A stretch of 18,927 bases of DNA from a bacterium. GTDB taxonomy: Bacteria; Zhuqueibacterota; Zhuqueibacteria; Oceanimicrobiales; Oceanimicrobiaceae. Positions 8,121-17,131 of this stretch are shown one piece after another. Each line of letters opens with the position of its first letter. The first letter of the stretch is position 1. A model generated the notes under the pieces. It had not been told where the DNA came from. It saw nothing but the letters and a program-made list of their open reading frames with translations, and did not search any database. The position numbers were made by a program, and so were the translations under genes. Location of the stretch: positions 1 to 18,927 of the forward strand of contig JBHHYI010000081.1 of NCBI GenBank assembly GCA_046757525.1, read 5' to 3'.

Positions 8121-10856
8121 TCAAAAGCCAACGGTCACGCCCATGCGCACTTGTCGTGGCGGGGCAAAATGAAACGCTGGATCATTGAAAAACTGATCAA
8201 TCGTGTTGATTCCCGCCACTCTTCCGGACCTGCGGGATTCTAAAGAAAAACCTGCGCGTCCCGTGCTCTGGTAAACGATATCTTCATTCCTGCGGTCCAG
8301 GATATTGAACACCTTCAAGAAAAAGGAATATCGCAGCCCGGAAACCGTTACGTCATAGTTCGCTTTTAGATCCAAAGTCCAGATCGGCTTGGACCGGCCG
8401 GTGTTCTCAAAAGCCTGGCGAACGTTGAGAAATTTTGGTGTGTAAGGCAGACCGCTACCATAACGCCCGAGTAGGGTCACACGGTATCGTTTGTTGGAAC
8501 TGATCGTAATAGAAGTATTCAACGTGTGTCTTTGATCCCAATCTAAAGGCACCAATTCTTTTTCCGTTTCTCGATTGGAGAGCCGGTCGATAAAGGCGGC
8601 GTTGGGTTCAGAGGCGTTGCCTTCTGCAATTTGAAACGTGTAATCGATCGAAGCCGAAAGCCAATTCGAATGGCGCTGGGTCAGGGCGAAAACAAAGCCA
8701 CGGTTGTTGCCGAAATCCCGATTGACGTACCTGGCGTAGCGGTCGGCCCCCTCGGTCAATTGAAAGATATCCGTCGCCAACAGATTGCGAATGTCTTTGT
8801 AAAAGAGGGTCAAATCAAAGGCCAGGTCGTCAGTCAATTGTTGTTGCAATCCCACTTCATAGGTGGTCGTTTTCTGGGGTTGGAGGTCTGCGTTTCCCAT
8901 TAAAGTCCGAAGGCGACCAATCTGTACTTCAAATTCTGAATCCGCGTAGAGAAATTGAAACAAGGGCATTTGAAAAAACTGACCGTAGGAAAAATGCAAG
9001 ACCCCGCGTTCCGTAATAGGATAAGCAATGCCAAGACGCGGACTGATCTTCGTCTTTATGCTGGCACTTTTGAGCTTGTTCGGATTGGCCGGGTCACCAA
9101 GGTCCGTGGGCACTGGGGCATTTGGGTTGAAAAAGTCATAGCGAATCCCCAGGTTCACGATCAGAAACTCGAACTCCATCTTATCTTGTGCGTAAAGCGC
9201 GATTTCAGTTGGAGTGTGCGAATAACGATTGTTAAAGGGCGATTCCCGCGGCGGTAAAGCCGGTTGGAATGGGATGATCTCAATACCATTTTCAGTCTTG
9301 GCCGGAATTATCTTGAATTCATTGAAATCGAGCTTGTGTTTTCTGATCTCAAAGCCGGTCTTGAGTTGATGGGTATTGGTGATCTGGCTGGTGATATCGA
9401 ATTTCCCCACATAGGTTTGGGTAGACCGCCTGCTGTGCCACATGTCTGTCCCTCCGGTAAAAAAGGTATTACCCGCAGAGATGGGGGCCAACAGCCGGTC
9501 GGGATCCACGTAGCGCGGGTCGAAGGGATCCTTATAGACGTAACTTTGTTCTTTATTATAAATGGTGGAAAAATTCAGGTTGTAAAAGGTCCGACTGCTC
9601 AATAGATGGTCAATGGTGGCCATATAGGTGTACCCATTTTGAAATTGTTTTGAGGCACCATCAGGATTGAGCATGTATCGATAAAAATCATGGAATTGGT
9701 TTTCAGGTACGAATTCCTTCCCTTCGTCCCCCCAATCTCGTTTATCCACATCAGTCAACAAAATGCTGGTCGAAAATTTAAGCGCCGGCGAAATTTGATA
9801 GCTCAATTTGCCATGCAAGGTCTTTTTCCTGAAAAAACGCAAGGGCACGGCTTTGCCATCTCCGGTAGCCTCGATGATGTATTGTGCCGGATCGTCGAAC
9901 GAGACGTTAGAAGAGTCTTCCGGGTTAAAAACCCGGGTTCCAAAAATGTACCCATCATCGTCTAAATAGCGCCCGGTAACAAAGAATTTCACTCTTTTGT
10001 TGGTAAAGGGAACCGGCCCCTCTAAGTTGAATTGTCCGTTGACCACACCAAATGCATCAAAACTGCTGATGTGTGGAAAAACGTTGTCGCCGGTGCTTGC
10101 AAAATCGCCGGCGTAAAACGTAGCAGAACCACGCAGTCGATCGCCTGGCTCTTTGGTAACGATATTGACCACCCCGGACATGGCTCGCCCGTATTCAGCA
10201 TTAAAAGTGCCGCTGATGACTTGCAATTCCTGTACGGAGCTGTTTTCAACTTCTACGGCGATGTCCCCGGAGTAGACATCCGTCAAGGCCACCCCGTCCA
10301 CCATGTAACTGATTTCATCTGAACGGCCGCCACGGATGTGGATTTCCCCGTCACGACCCTGGACGACCCCCGCTTGCAGCTCCACCACGTCGGAAAACTC
10401 TTCCACGGGCAAAGCTTCGATTTCCTCTGCCCCGATCACCGCCTGGGTTGCCGTCATGTCTTTGGTGATCAATTCTCTTTGTGCGGTCACCACGACTTCT
10501 TCACCCATCTCCAAAATCTGTGACGAGAGATTGAAAGAAACTTTGGTGGTTAAGTCGATGTTGACGATAATGTTTTGTTGTGTCTGCGCCTGATATCCCA
10601 TCATCGACGCTTTGAGCGTGTAATTGCCAGGCGGTAGATTCAAGATCATGAATCGCCCGTCAAGGTCAGTTGCAGCACCCTGGTTGGTCCCCACCACAAT
10701 CACGTTGGCGCCGGGAAGCCCCTCATTGGTCTCGCCATCTACCACTTTGCCCACAATCTTTCCCTTAGTGCCAGCATAGGCTGGCGACATTTGCCGCAGT
10801 GGTACAAAACCAACTAAGGCCAATAATAATAGAAAAGGAATACATCGTTTGTTCAT
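8121..10856 (-). CDS. TonB-dependent receptor with N-terminal CarboxypepD_reg-like domain
   Basis: Signal peptide; 'GKIVGKVVD..LPGANV..GAATDLDGRF'; TonB-box-like 'EEVVVTA'; plug 'HIRGGRSDEISYMVDG' and 'SGTFNAEYGRAMSGVVNIVTK'; barrel motifs 'SPRLGIAYP' and 'GNADLQPQKT'; C-terminal 'VRMGVTVGF'. Confidence 0.95.
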   Translation of the reverse strand: MNKRCIPFLLLLALVGFVPLRQMSPAYAGTKGKIVGKVVDGETNEGLPGANVIVVGTNQGAATDLDGRFMILNLPPGNYTLKASMMGYQAQTQQNIIVNIDLTTKVSFNLSSQILEMGEEVVVTAQRELITKDMTATQAVIGAEEIEALPVEEFSDVVELQAGVVQGRDGEIHIRGGRSDEISYMVDGVALTDVYSGDIAVEVENSSVQELQVISGTFNAEYGRAMSGVVNIVTKEPGDRLRGSATFYAGDFASTGDNVFPHISSFDAFGVVNGQFNLEGPVPFTNKRVKFFVTGRYLDDDGYIFGTRVFNPEDSSNVSFDDPAQYIIEATGDGKAVPLRFFRKKTLHGKLSYQISPALKFSTSILLTDVDKRDWGDEGKEFVPENQFHDFYRYMLNPDGASKQFQNGYTYMATIDHLLSSRTFYNLNFSTIYNKEQSYVYKDPFDPRYVDPDRLLAPISAGNTFFTGGTDMWHSRRSTQTYVGKFDITSQITNTHQLKTGFEIRKHKLDFNEFKIIPAKTENGIEIIPFQPALPPRESPFNNRYSHTPTEIALYAQDKMEFEFLIVNLGIRYDFFNPNAPVPTDLGDPANPNKLKSASIKTKISPRLGIAYPITERGVLHFSYGQFFQMPLFQFLYADSEFEVQIGRLRTLMGNADLQPQKTTTYEVGLQQQLTDDLAFDLTLFYKDIRNLLATDIFQLTEGADRYARYVNRDFGNNRGFVFALTQRHSNWLSASIDYTFQIAEGNASEPNAAFIDRLSNRETEKELVPLDWDQRHTLNTSITISSNKRYRVTLLGRYGSGLPYTPKFLNVRQAFENTGRSKPIWTLDLKANYDVTVSGLRYSFFLKVFNILDRRNEDIVYQSTGRAGFSLESRRSGRVAGINTIDQFFNDPAFHFAPPRQVRMGVTVGF

Positions 10857-10994
10857 AAAACATCACCCACTGTTAAATTCCAAGTCTGGCTTGCTCAGCA
10901 ACGAACTTAAAAAGACAAACTTTTGGACGCCAAGCTTCCTGAAAAAGATCAGCGTCGTGTTGAACTTAACCATGTAAAAGCTTACAGTTAGGCT

Positions 10995-13760
10995 TCATCG
11001 AATAATTGCAAACCTGCCGAGCTTTTGGCCAATCTCAGGCGCTTCAATGTGATAGATGTAAATGCCATACGCAACAACATCACCTTCATCAGTTCGAAGG
11101 TCCCAAAAAGCCGAACCATTATCAATGCTGCTGTCGTGTTCAATGGTGTCAATGAGTCGGCCACGCAATGTGAAAATGCGAACTGTGCATTTCGGTGGCA
11201 GATTGATGAATTGGATACGGCGGTCCAATTGCCCGCCAGTAAAAAGACTCCGCTGTTCAAATGAGGAGTTCACAATGTAGGGATTCGGCACCACTGCGAT
11301 ATCATCGAGAACAGACTTGTCTACCTGGGTTTTAACTGATGCAGCCTTGGTGGTGATGACATAGACATCCTGGGAGGTAAACGGTTTGAACGTGGAGATG
11401 AAAGCCACATCGCCGTTCTCCGGTGGCACCGAAGTGACCGCAGAATCAGCCGGGGCGGTTAGGGTAATGGCCCACCTAATCGGCTTGAAATTCTGCAAGG
11501 TATTGCCTGACACGATAAATATTAATTCCCCAGAGGACCAGGCACCGTCCCTGTTCTGGTCCAACACTAAGATATTCTCTTTAACGTTCTTATTAACATT
11601 CCAAACTTGAAACGGAACCGGGATCGGCGTTGAAAAAAGCGCGGTGTCGCTGCCTGCCTCACCGAATCGTACTTCGTAATCAGCCGCTACGGGTTCCGGT
11701 CTTCCCAGGTTGCTGTTGGCACTCAACTTGATCGACCAGTTGGAATCACCGATTTTCCATCTGGTACCCAGCGAATCCCAGCCCAAAAAACTGTCAAACA
11801 AGAAGGTGTGCAGTCCAGAAAATAAGGGGTCCGCATCGTTGCGGAATTCGTCGGTTGAAAAATTCTGCGACCTGGCAAAAATCGTAATTGGATTGCCGGG
11901 ATCCGTCACATCGGTCAAAGAAAAAGTCGTTTGATTGGTGGAAGTATCATCAAAAGTGAGCTGGAAGCGCCTGCCATCCTGGATTAGCGTTCTGTCGACT
12001 ACTTCCACCTCTACGGTGCCAGTTGCAAACCCGGCCGTGTGTTCGATGCTGAAATCAGGCGATTGAAATACACTGCTTTCCACGGTCGGCGTTACCACGA
12101 CGGTATTGACATCTGTCAATATGGTCCCTTCGGGATCCACAACGATACTCTTAGTGGATTCGGTTGGAAAGACTCCCGCATCAGCCTCACCGCGATCAAA
12201 TGCAACCACGGCGTAATAATAGGTCTTGCCATTAACGATGTTATTATCTGTCCACCAATGCCTTAGTCCGGTGTTCCTGCCGAGAAAATAACGGAACCCT
12301 TCAAATTGCAAATCGAAAAGACCTTTAACATTATTGTCTAAATCAAAAGTCGCAATCGGTTCGCTGTAAATCAGAATGCCTCGGTCATTGGTCACAGTGA
12401 ACACATCGTTGAAACCGGGGTCTGTGCTGCGGTAGATTTTGTAGCCTTCAAAATCCCGGGCTTGTTCTGCCCGATTGTCCCAATACAGCGTAACGCTTTT
12501 GTTCATGGGTACAACGGTGACTTTGGGCCGCGGAGGCGCAATTGGGAAGATGTAATTGTCCTGGTAGATCTGCTGGAGAATATCTTCGTTTTGTCCCTGG
12601 TCCAAATTATTGACGCTCAGGAAAAGCACCACGGAAAAGCGTTGTGTCTCCCCCGGGGCCAGCGAGAAATCACCACTGCCCAATAGAAATTCATCGCTAT
12701 TGGTGTTTTGGTCAAAGCGGTCTTTTGCTAACGCGGTCCAAACCTGGTTAGCGTCGCTGGCATCTAACTCACCCTCGGCAAACTCGGCGAAACTGGTCAG
12801 CCCAATCTGATCCGACTCGTCAATATCCGTAGCATCGAAGTGGGGTTCGCCCAACGTGGGTAAGCCGTCCCCTTCTCCTTCATCCCCAGAATCGGCGACC
12901 CCATCTGCGCCAACGTCGTCTGTCTGTGGATTCCAATCGTTGTCGTTGTCAATGCCGTCTGATCGACTCTCATCGATCATTCCGTCTCCGTCGTTATCGA
13001 TACCATCGCTGGCGATGCCCGGGGTTTCCAACACGGCCACTGCAAAATGCCCAACGGGAGACCAATTTCCAATATCCCTGGCAAGACCGGAACCAATGCC
13101 AACATCGTCGGCGTCAACCGCTACCACGGTGGCCTTGCTGCGATCAAGGGAAATTGAATCATCGTTGCTGTCCCCACCGGCATCGGGATCGGTGAAAAAT
13201 CCGAAAGCAGCATGGTCGTAGGTTGCGGTACCGGTATTGGTGAGCTCGTAATACAAGAATAGCATGTCCTGCGCAAGATAATGGGACCATTGCCAACCGC
13301 GCACGGTCAGACGGAGCCCCAACGCGCTGTCTTCCAGCACCAACAAACTTTCCTGGTCAGCATTGAGCCGCCCGCGTCCAAAATAACCGTTCCACTGACC
13401 ACTCCAGGAGGCCGGACGATCAGGCCAATTTGCTGGCCAGGTTTCTGGACGATGACTCATTGCTACCAGGTTCCCGTCAGAACCGCCAAAAGAGGATAGC
13501 GGCGCAAAAAAGGCCACAGTTCTCTGGGTATTACTTTCAACCGCGACGATCGGAAACGCCAATTTGAGATACTCGTGCCCGGTACCGATGGGCCATTCCA
13601 CTGTTAAGTCTTCAGGGGCTTCAATCCGACCGGTGTTAGAAAAGGTTACCCGCAATTTATTGCCACTGTGATAATTCTGTTGACTTTGCGAAAAAGCGTT
13701 GTGGGCAAACAACAAGGCAAACGACAACAACCAAACCGCGTAAGAGCTGAGCTTTTTCAT
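10995..13760 (-). CDS. Secreted 921-aa protein: Asp-rich (Ca-binding-like) insert, FN3-like domain, variant T9SS/FlgD-like C-terminal domain; paralog of 13757-16840
   Basis: Sec signal 'MKKLSS..AFS'; 'DGIDNDGDGMIDES' repeats; FN3-like 'VTLYWD..FEGYKIYRS..NGKTYYYAVVAFD'; CTD 'IAVVPNPY..FINLP..WDL..VAYGIYIY..GRFAIIR'. Confidence 0.85.
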   Translation of the reverse strand: MKKLSSYAVWLLSFALLFAHNAFSQSQQNYHSGNKLRVTFSNTGRIEAPEDLTVEWPIGTGHEYLKLAFPIVAVESNTQRTVAFFAPLSSFGGSDGNLVAMSHRPETWPANWPDRPASWSGQWNGYFGRGRLNADQESLLVLEDSALGLRLTVRGWQWSHYLAQDMLFLYYELTNTGTATYDHAAFGFFTDPDAGGDSNDDSISLDRSKATVVAVDADDVGIGSGLARDIGNWSPVGHFAVAVLETPGIASDGIDNDGDGMIDESRSDGIDNDNDWNPQTDDVGADGVADSGDEGEGDGLPTLGEPHFDATDIDESDQIGLTSFAEFAEGELDASDANQVWTALAKDRFDQNTNSDEFLLGSGDFSLAPGETQRFSVVLFLSVNNLDQGQNEDILQQIYQDNYIFPIAPPRPKVTVVPMNKSVTLYWDNRAEQARDFEGYKIYRSTDPGFNDVFTVTNDRGILIYSEPIATFDLDNNVKGLFDLQFEGFRYFLGRNTGLRHWWTDNNIVNGKTYYYAVVAFDRGEADAGVFPTESTKSIVVDPEGTILTDVNTVVVTPTVESSVFQSPDFSIEHTAGFATGTVEVEVVDRTLIQDGRRFQLTFDDTSTNQTTFSLTDVTDPGNPITIFARSQNFSTDEFRNDADPLFSGLHTFLFDSFLGWDSLGTRWKIGDSNWSIKLSANSNLGRPEPVAADYEVRFGEAGSDTALFSTPIPVPFQVWNVNKNVKENILVLDQNRDGAWSSGELIFIVSGNTLQNFKPIRWAITLTAPADSAVTSVPPENGDVAFISTFKPFTSQDVYVITTKAASVKTQVDKSVLDDIAVVPNPYIVNSSFEQRSLFTGGQLDRRIQFINLPPKCTVRIFTLRGRLIDTIEHDSSIDNGSAFWDLRTDEGDVVAYGIYIYHIEAPEIGQKLGRFAIIR

Positions 13761-16700
13761 TTTATGAGAGCAAATCTTCCAATTTTTGTTCCGATTCCCT
13801 TCGCTTCAACGTGATAAAGATAAACCCCAAACGCCACATCAATCCCATCTTTCGACACCAGGTTCCAGGTTTCCGTACCATCATCTATGGAACTGTCGTG
13901 TTCTATGATGTCCACCAGTTGGCCGCGCAAGTTAAAGATTCGAATCGTACATTTCTGAGGCAAATGAATAAACTGGATGATGCGTTCCCCCCGACCCGAC
14001 AAGAGTTGCGTTCTCGGTTCCAATGGGTTGGTTACCACATACGGATTGGGAACGACCGCAATTTTAGCGAGGTCCGATTTCGCGGCCCGTGTTTCCACGC
14101 GCGCAGCTTTTTGAGTTTGAAACTCGAAGACATCGCCGGTGCGAAATGGCTTTGAAACTCGCACGACAAAAACATCGCCAGGCTGCGGCGGCACACCACC
14201 GCCACCTTCGGGCGCCACAAACTTAATTCTCCAGGTGGTGCGATATCCCGTTCGCGAAGGTGAAAAACCATCCGGGATCAAAGGAATAATCTCATCCCCG
14301 GCAGTAACAGCACCATTGGCGTCGCGATCCAGGAAAAGAAACTGCTCCAGGACGTTTTCAGTGATATTGCGAACCGTAAAATTCACCGGAATTTCAGGCA
14401 AACCGATCTCACTTCCTCGGGACGAATCCACAATGCCATTCGCAAACTCAATCTCGTAGTCGGCCGGGTATAGCCCTCCGAGGCCACTCGTGGGACCAGC
14501 CTCTAAAGTATCGGGCAAGACATCAAGGCTAAAGTTGGACTGACCGGTTTCGAGACCTGATTGATTGGCTAAATAAGCTATCGGATCGTTAAACACAGTG
14601 ATGCCGAGTCCGTCAAAAAACGGAAACATGTCGTTGCTGCTGAGATAAGAGCTTCTTTCAACCACCACCGTACTTTGGCTCAAATTCGTCACGGAATAAT
14701 CTGTGGTAAAGCGGGCGTAGCTATTTTCGGTGAACAAGGTGGTATCTCGGAATGCCACGCGGTATTTTTGCTCCGAAGCGATTTCATTGGGCAAAACGAT
14801 AGAAACCGTTATCCGACCGGTTCCAGGGCCGGAAATCTGTTCCGGAATCTGCTGAATCTCAGGAGGCTGATAGCCAGAAGCTGGCACGCCAGGCATCACC
14901 ACCACGGTATTGACGTCGGTAGTGATGGTGCCAGAGAGATCTTTCTGAATGATCGAGGTCGATTGTGAAGGCGGAAGTCCCCCAGTACCCAGGTTGGGAT
15001 CCCCGGCATCATAGGAGACAACGGCATAGTAATAGGTTTGCCCGTTGATAACATTGGTATCCGTCCAACTGTGAGCGAGACCGGTGTCGTTGCCAAGAAA
15101 AAAGTGAGCCCCATTGGGCAAACCCACCGGGTCCGAGCCTTTGATGTTGTCTATGACATCAAATTGAGCTGCAGGAGTTCTGAAGACTTTGTTGCCAAAA
15201 GCGTCTGTGATGACGCGAGAATCTAACAAGCCTGGATCCGTGCTCTTGTAAATAACATACCCTTCAAAATCCTTCTTAAAACCCTTGCCGTCTGGATCGA
15301 TGCCCAGGAAAGGATCGCGAGAGAACTCAGCCCGGTTGTCCCAGGTCAGCGTCACGAAACCATCACCAGCGACCGCTTTAACCCTTGGTTTATCCGGCGG
15401 ACGCGCAAAGCGATAGTTCGCGTTAAAGATGCGCTGGACGATTTCCTTGTTGCGAACAAGGTCATCAAAATTCTCACCCATCAACAACGCAATGGAAAAA
15501 CGCTCGGTACGGTGAGCCAGGAGTGGAAACGGTCCGGAAGAGTAGAGCACGCCAATATTGGAAAAGTTTTGAACTGGATCAAACACGTGGTTGGCAAGCA
15601 CATTCCAGATGAGATCATCTTGATCCATTGGGAAATCACCCCAGGCATGCAAACTCACCGCCTGTAACCCGACCTGGTCGGATTCATCCAGATCGGTGCG
15701 GTCAAAATTGGGTTCACCATCGGTTGGCATCCCATCCCCTTCTCCCTCGTCGGGTCCAGGATAATCGGCATTGAGCGGCCCCACGCCATCGGCACCGACG
15801 TCATCCGTTTCTGGATTCCAATCTCCGTCCTCATCTCCCGACCAGTGCTGCTTGGCTGGCCCGTAGATCCCAACGGATCCAAAGGTAAACTGTCCAGGTC
15901 CGCTATCTCTGCTTTCATCGACCAATCCATCGTCGTCATTGTCAATGCCGTCGTCTCCAATTCCCGGACTTTCCAGATAGCCGTAGCCAATCCAACCTGT
16001 GGGGCCACCCCAGGTGCCGATACCTTCTTGATCCCAGATGTAGGTCAGATCAAGAAAGGTGTCATAAAAGCCGTTGTCGAAATCGTGGCCGCCATTCTTG
16101 GAATCGATGAACATACCAAATATAGTTTTCTCGTAATCGGTCGTGCTAACATTGGTCACATCATAAATCCAAAAAATGGTATCTTCGGCGAGAACCTGGG
16201 ACCATTGTAGACCGCGAACGGCCATTCTCATGCCAATGCCGCGGCGGTTATGGTCGTTTGCATCCGGATAGTACTCGAATTCCTCGTCCGCATCGTCATC
16301 GTCTACGTAGTAAGTCTCCTGGTCAGCATTAAAAATGCCTCGACCAAAGAAGCCGTTCCAAAAGCCAGCCCAGGTGGGACGATCTGGCCACACGTCCGGC
16401 CAGGTATTTTTTTTGTTGCTTATGGCCGGGGCTTCCTGGTTGAAATCCAAGTACCCTGGCAGCGGCTGCCACCCCCATTCCGTCAGACCATCGGGGGCAA
16501 CATCTAAGGAGAACTCGTAATTGGTCTCAAGAGGATGAATGATATTCCCGTTAACGTCGGTGGCTTCGGCGGCAACAAAAGGGACCACCGTGTCCATATA
16601 GATGTGCCCGCTGCCAACCGGCCATTCCAGTTGCGGAAACACTTTGTCTTTGCTTACCTGGCCCGTGTTGAAATATATCGTGCCGATCAAGTTGCCGTTC

Positions 16701-16840
16701 ATCACGCCCATTCTGCGCCACTTGCGCACGCCAGTAGCTTTGATGTCGGCAGGCACGAATTGCTTCTGGGCCATTAACGGGTAATCGAAAAAAGAATTTG
16801 AAAAGAGAAGTAAGAAAACTGCGAAGGTTTTGACTCTCAT
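13757..16840 (-). CDS. Secreted 1027-aa protein: Asp-rich insert, FN3-like domain, variant T9SS/FlgD-like C-terminal domain
   Basis: Signal peptide; 'DGIDNDDDGLVDES'; 'VTLTWD..FEGYVIYKS..NGQTYYYAVVSYD'; CTD 'IAVVPNPY..FIHLP..WNL..VAFGVYLY..GRFALIK'. Its TGA overlaps the next ATG (ATGA, 13757-13760). Confidence 0.87.
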   Translation of the reverse strand: MRVKTFAVFLLLFSNSFFDYPLMAQKQFVPADIKATGVRKWRRMGVMNGNLIGTIYFNTGQVSKDKVFPQLEWPVGSGHIYMDTVVPFVAAEATDVNGNIIHPLETNYEFSLDVAPDGLTEWGWQPLPGYLDFNQEAPAISNKKNTWPDVWPDRPTWAGFWNGFFGRGIFNADQETYYVDDDDADEEFEYYPDANDHNRRGIGMRMAVRGLQWSQVLAEDTIFWIYDVTNVSTTDYEKTIFGMFIDSKNGGHDFDNGFYDTFLDLTYIWDQEGIGTWGGPTGWIGYGYLESPGIGDDGIDNDDDGLVDESRDSGPGQFTFGSVGIYGPAKQHWSGDEDGDWNPETDDVGADGVGPLNADYPGPDEGEGDGMPTDGEPNFDRTDLDESDQVGLQAVSLHAWGDFPMDQDDLIWNVLANHVFDPVQNFSNIGVLYSSGPFPLLAHRTERFSIALLMGENFDDLVRNKEIVQRIFNANYRFARPPDKPRVKAVAGDGFVTLTWDNRAEFSRDPFLGIDPDGKGFKKDFEGYVIYKSTDPGLLDSRVITDAFGNKVFRTPAAQFDVIDNIKGSDPVGLPNGAHFFLGNDTGLAHSWTDTNVINGQTYYYAVVSYDAGDPNLGTGGLPPSQSTSIIQKDLSGTITTDVNTVVVMPGVPASGYQPPEIQQIPEQISGPGTGRITVSIVLPNEIASEQKYRVAFRDTTLFTENSYARFTTDYSVTNLSQSTVVVERSSYLSSNDMFPFFDGLGITVFNDPIAYLANQSGLETGQSNFSLDVLPDTLEAGPTSGLGGLYPADYEIEFANGIVDSSRGSEIGLPEIPVNFTVRNITENVLEQFLFLDRDANGAVTAGDEIIPLIPDGFSPSRTGYRTTWRIKFVAPEGGGGVPPQPGDVFVVRVSKPFRTGDVFEFQTQKAARVETRAAKSDLAKIAVVPNPYVVTNPLEPRTQLLSGRGERIIQFIHLPQKCTIRIFNLRGQLVDIIEHDSSIDDGTETWNLVSKDGIDVAFGVYLYHVEAKGIGTKIGRFALIK

Positions 16841-17032
16841 GATACAACCAAATGTTTAAACAGAATTCATAAGCTTTAGCGAACGACAAAGCGCCTCAAT
16901 CGTGTCGCACTACCCAGGCCACTATTAAGGTAAATCTCACCTATTAGATGGCCAGAGCAATAGATAATGTTCGACCGAAAACTCCGAAGATGTCATTTCG
17001 ACGGAGCGCATCGGCCAAGCACCAAATAAACG

Positions 17033-17088
17033 GATGCCCCTGCGACGTGCAAGAAAATCGTTCCGTTCTAATTTGTTGCAAGGGCATC
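17033..17088 (-). other. Long inverted repeat downstream of the FG-GAP gene (possible terminator or processing hairpin)
   Basis: GATGCCC-C-TGCGAC (17033-17046) pairs with GTTGCA-A-GGGCATC (17075-17088). It starts 43 nt after the stop codon. Confidence 0.45.
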
Positions 17089-17131
17089 ACAATTGCTAAT
17101 ACAGAATCTTCTTAATACTCCAACAGAAGCC

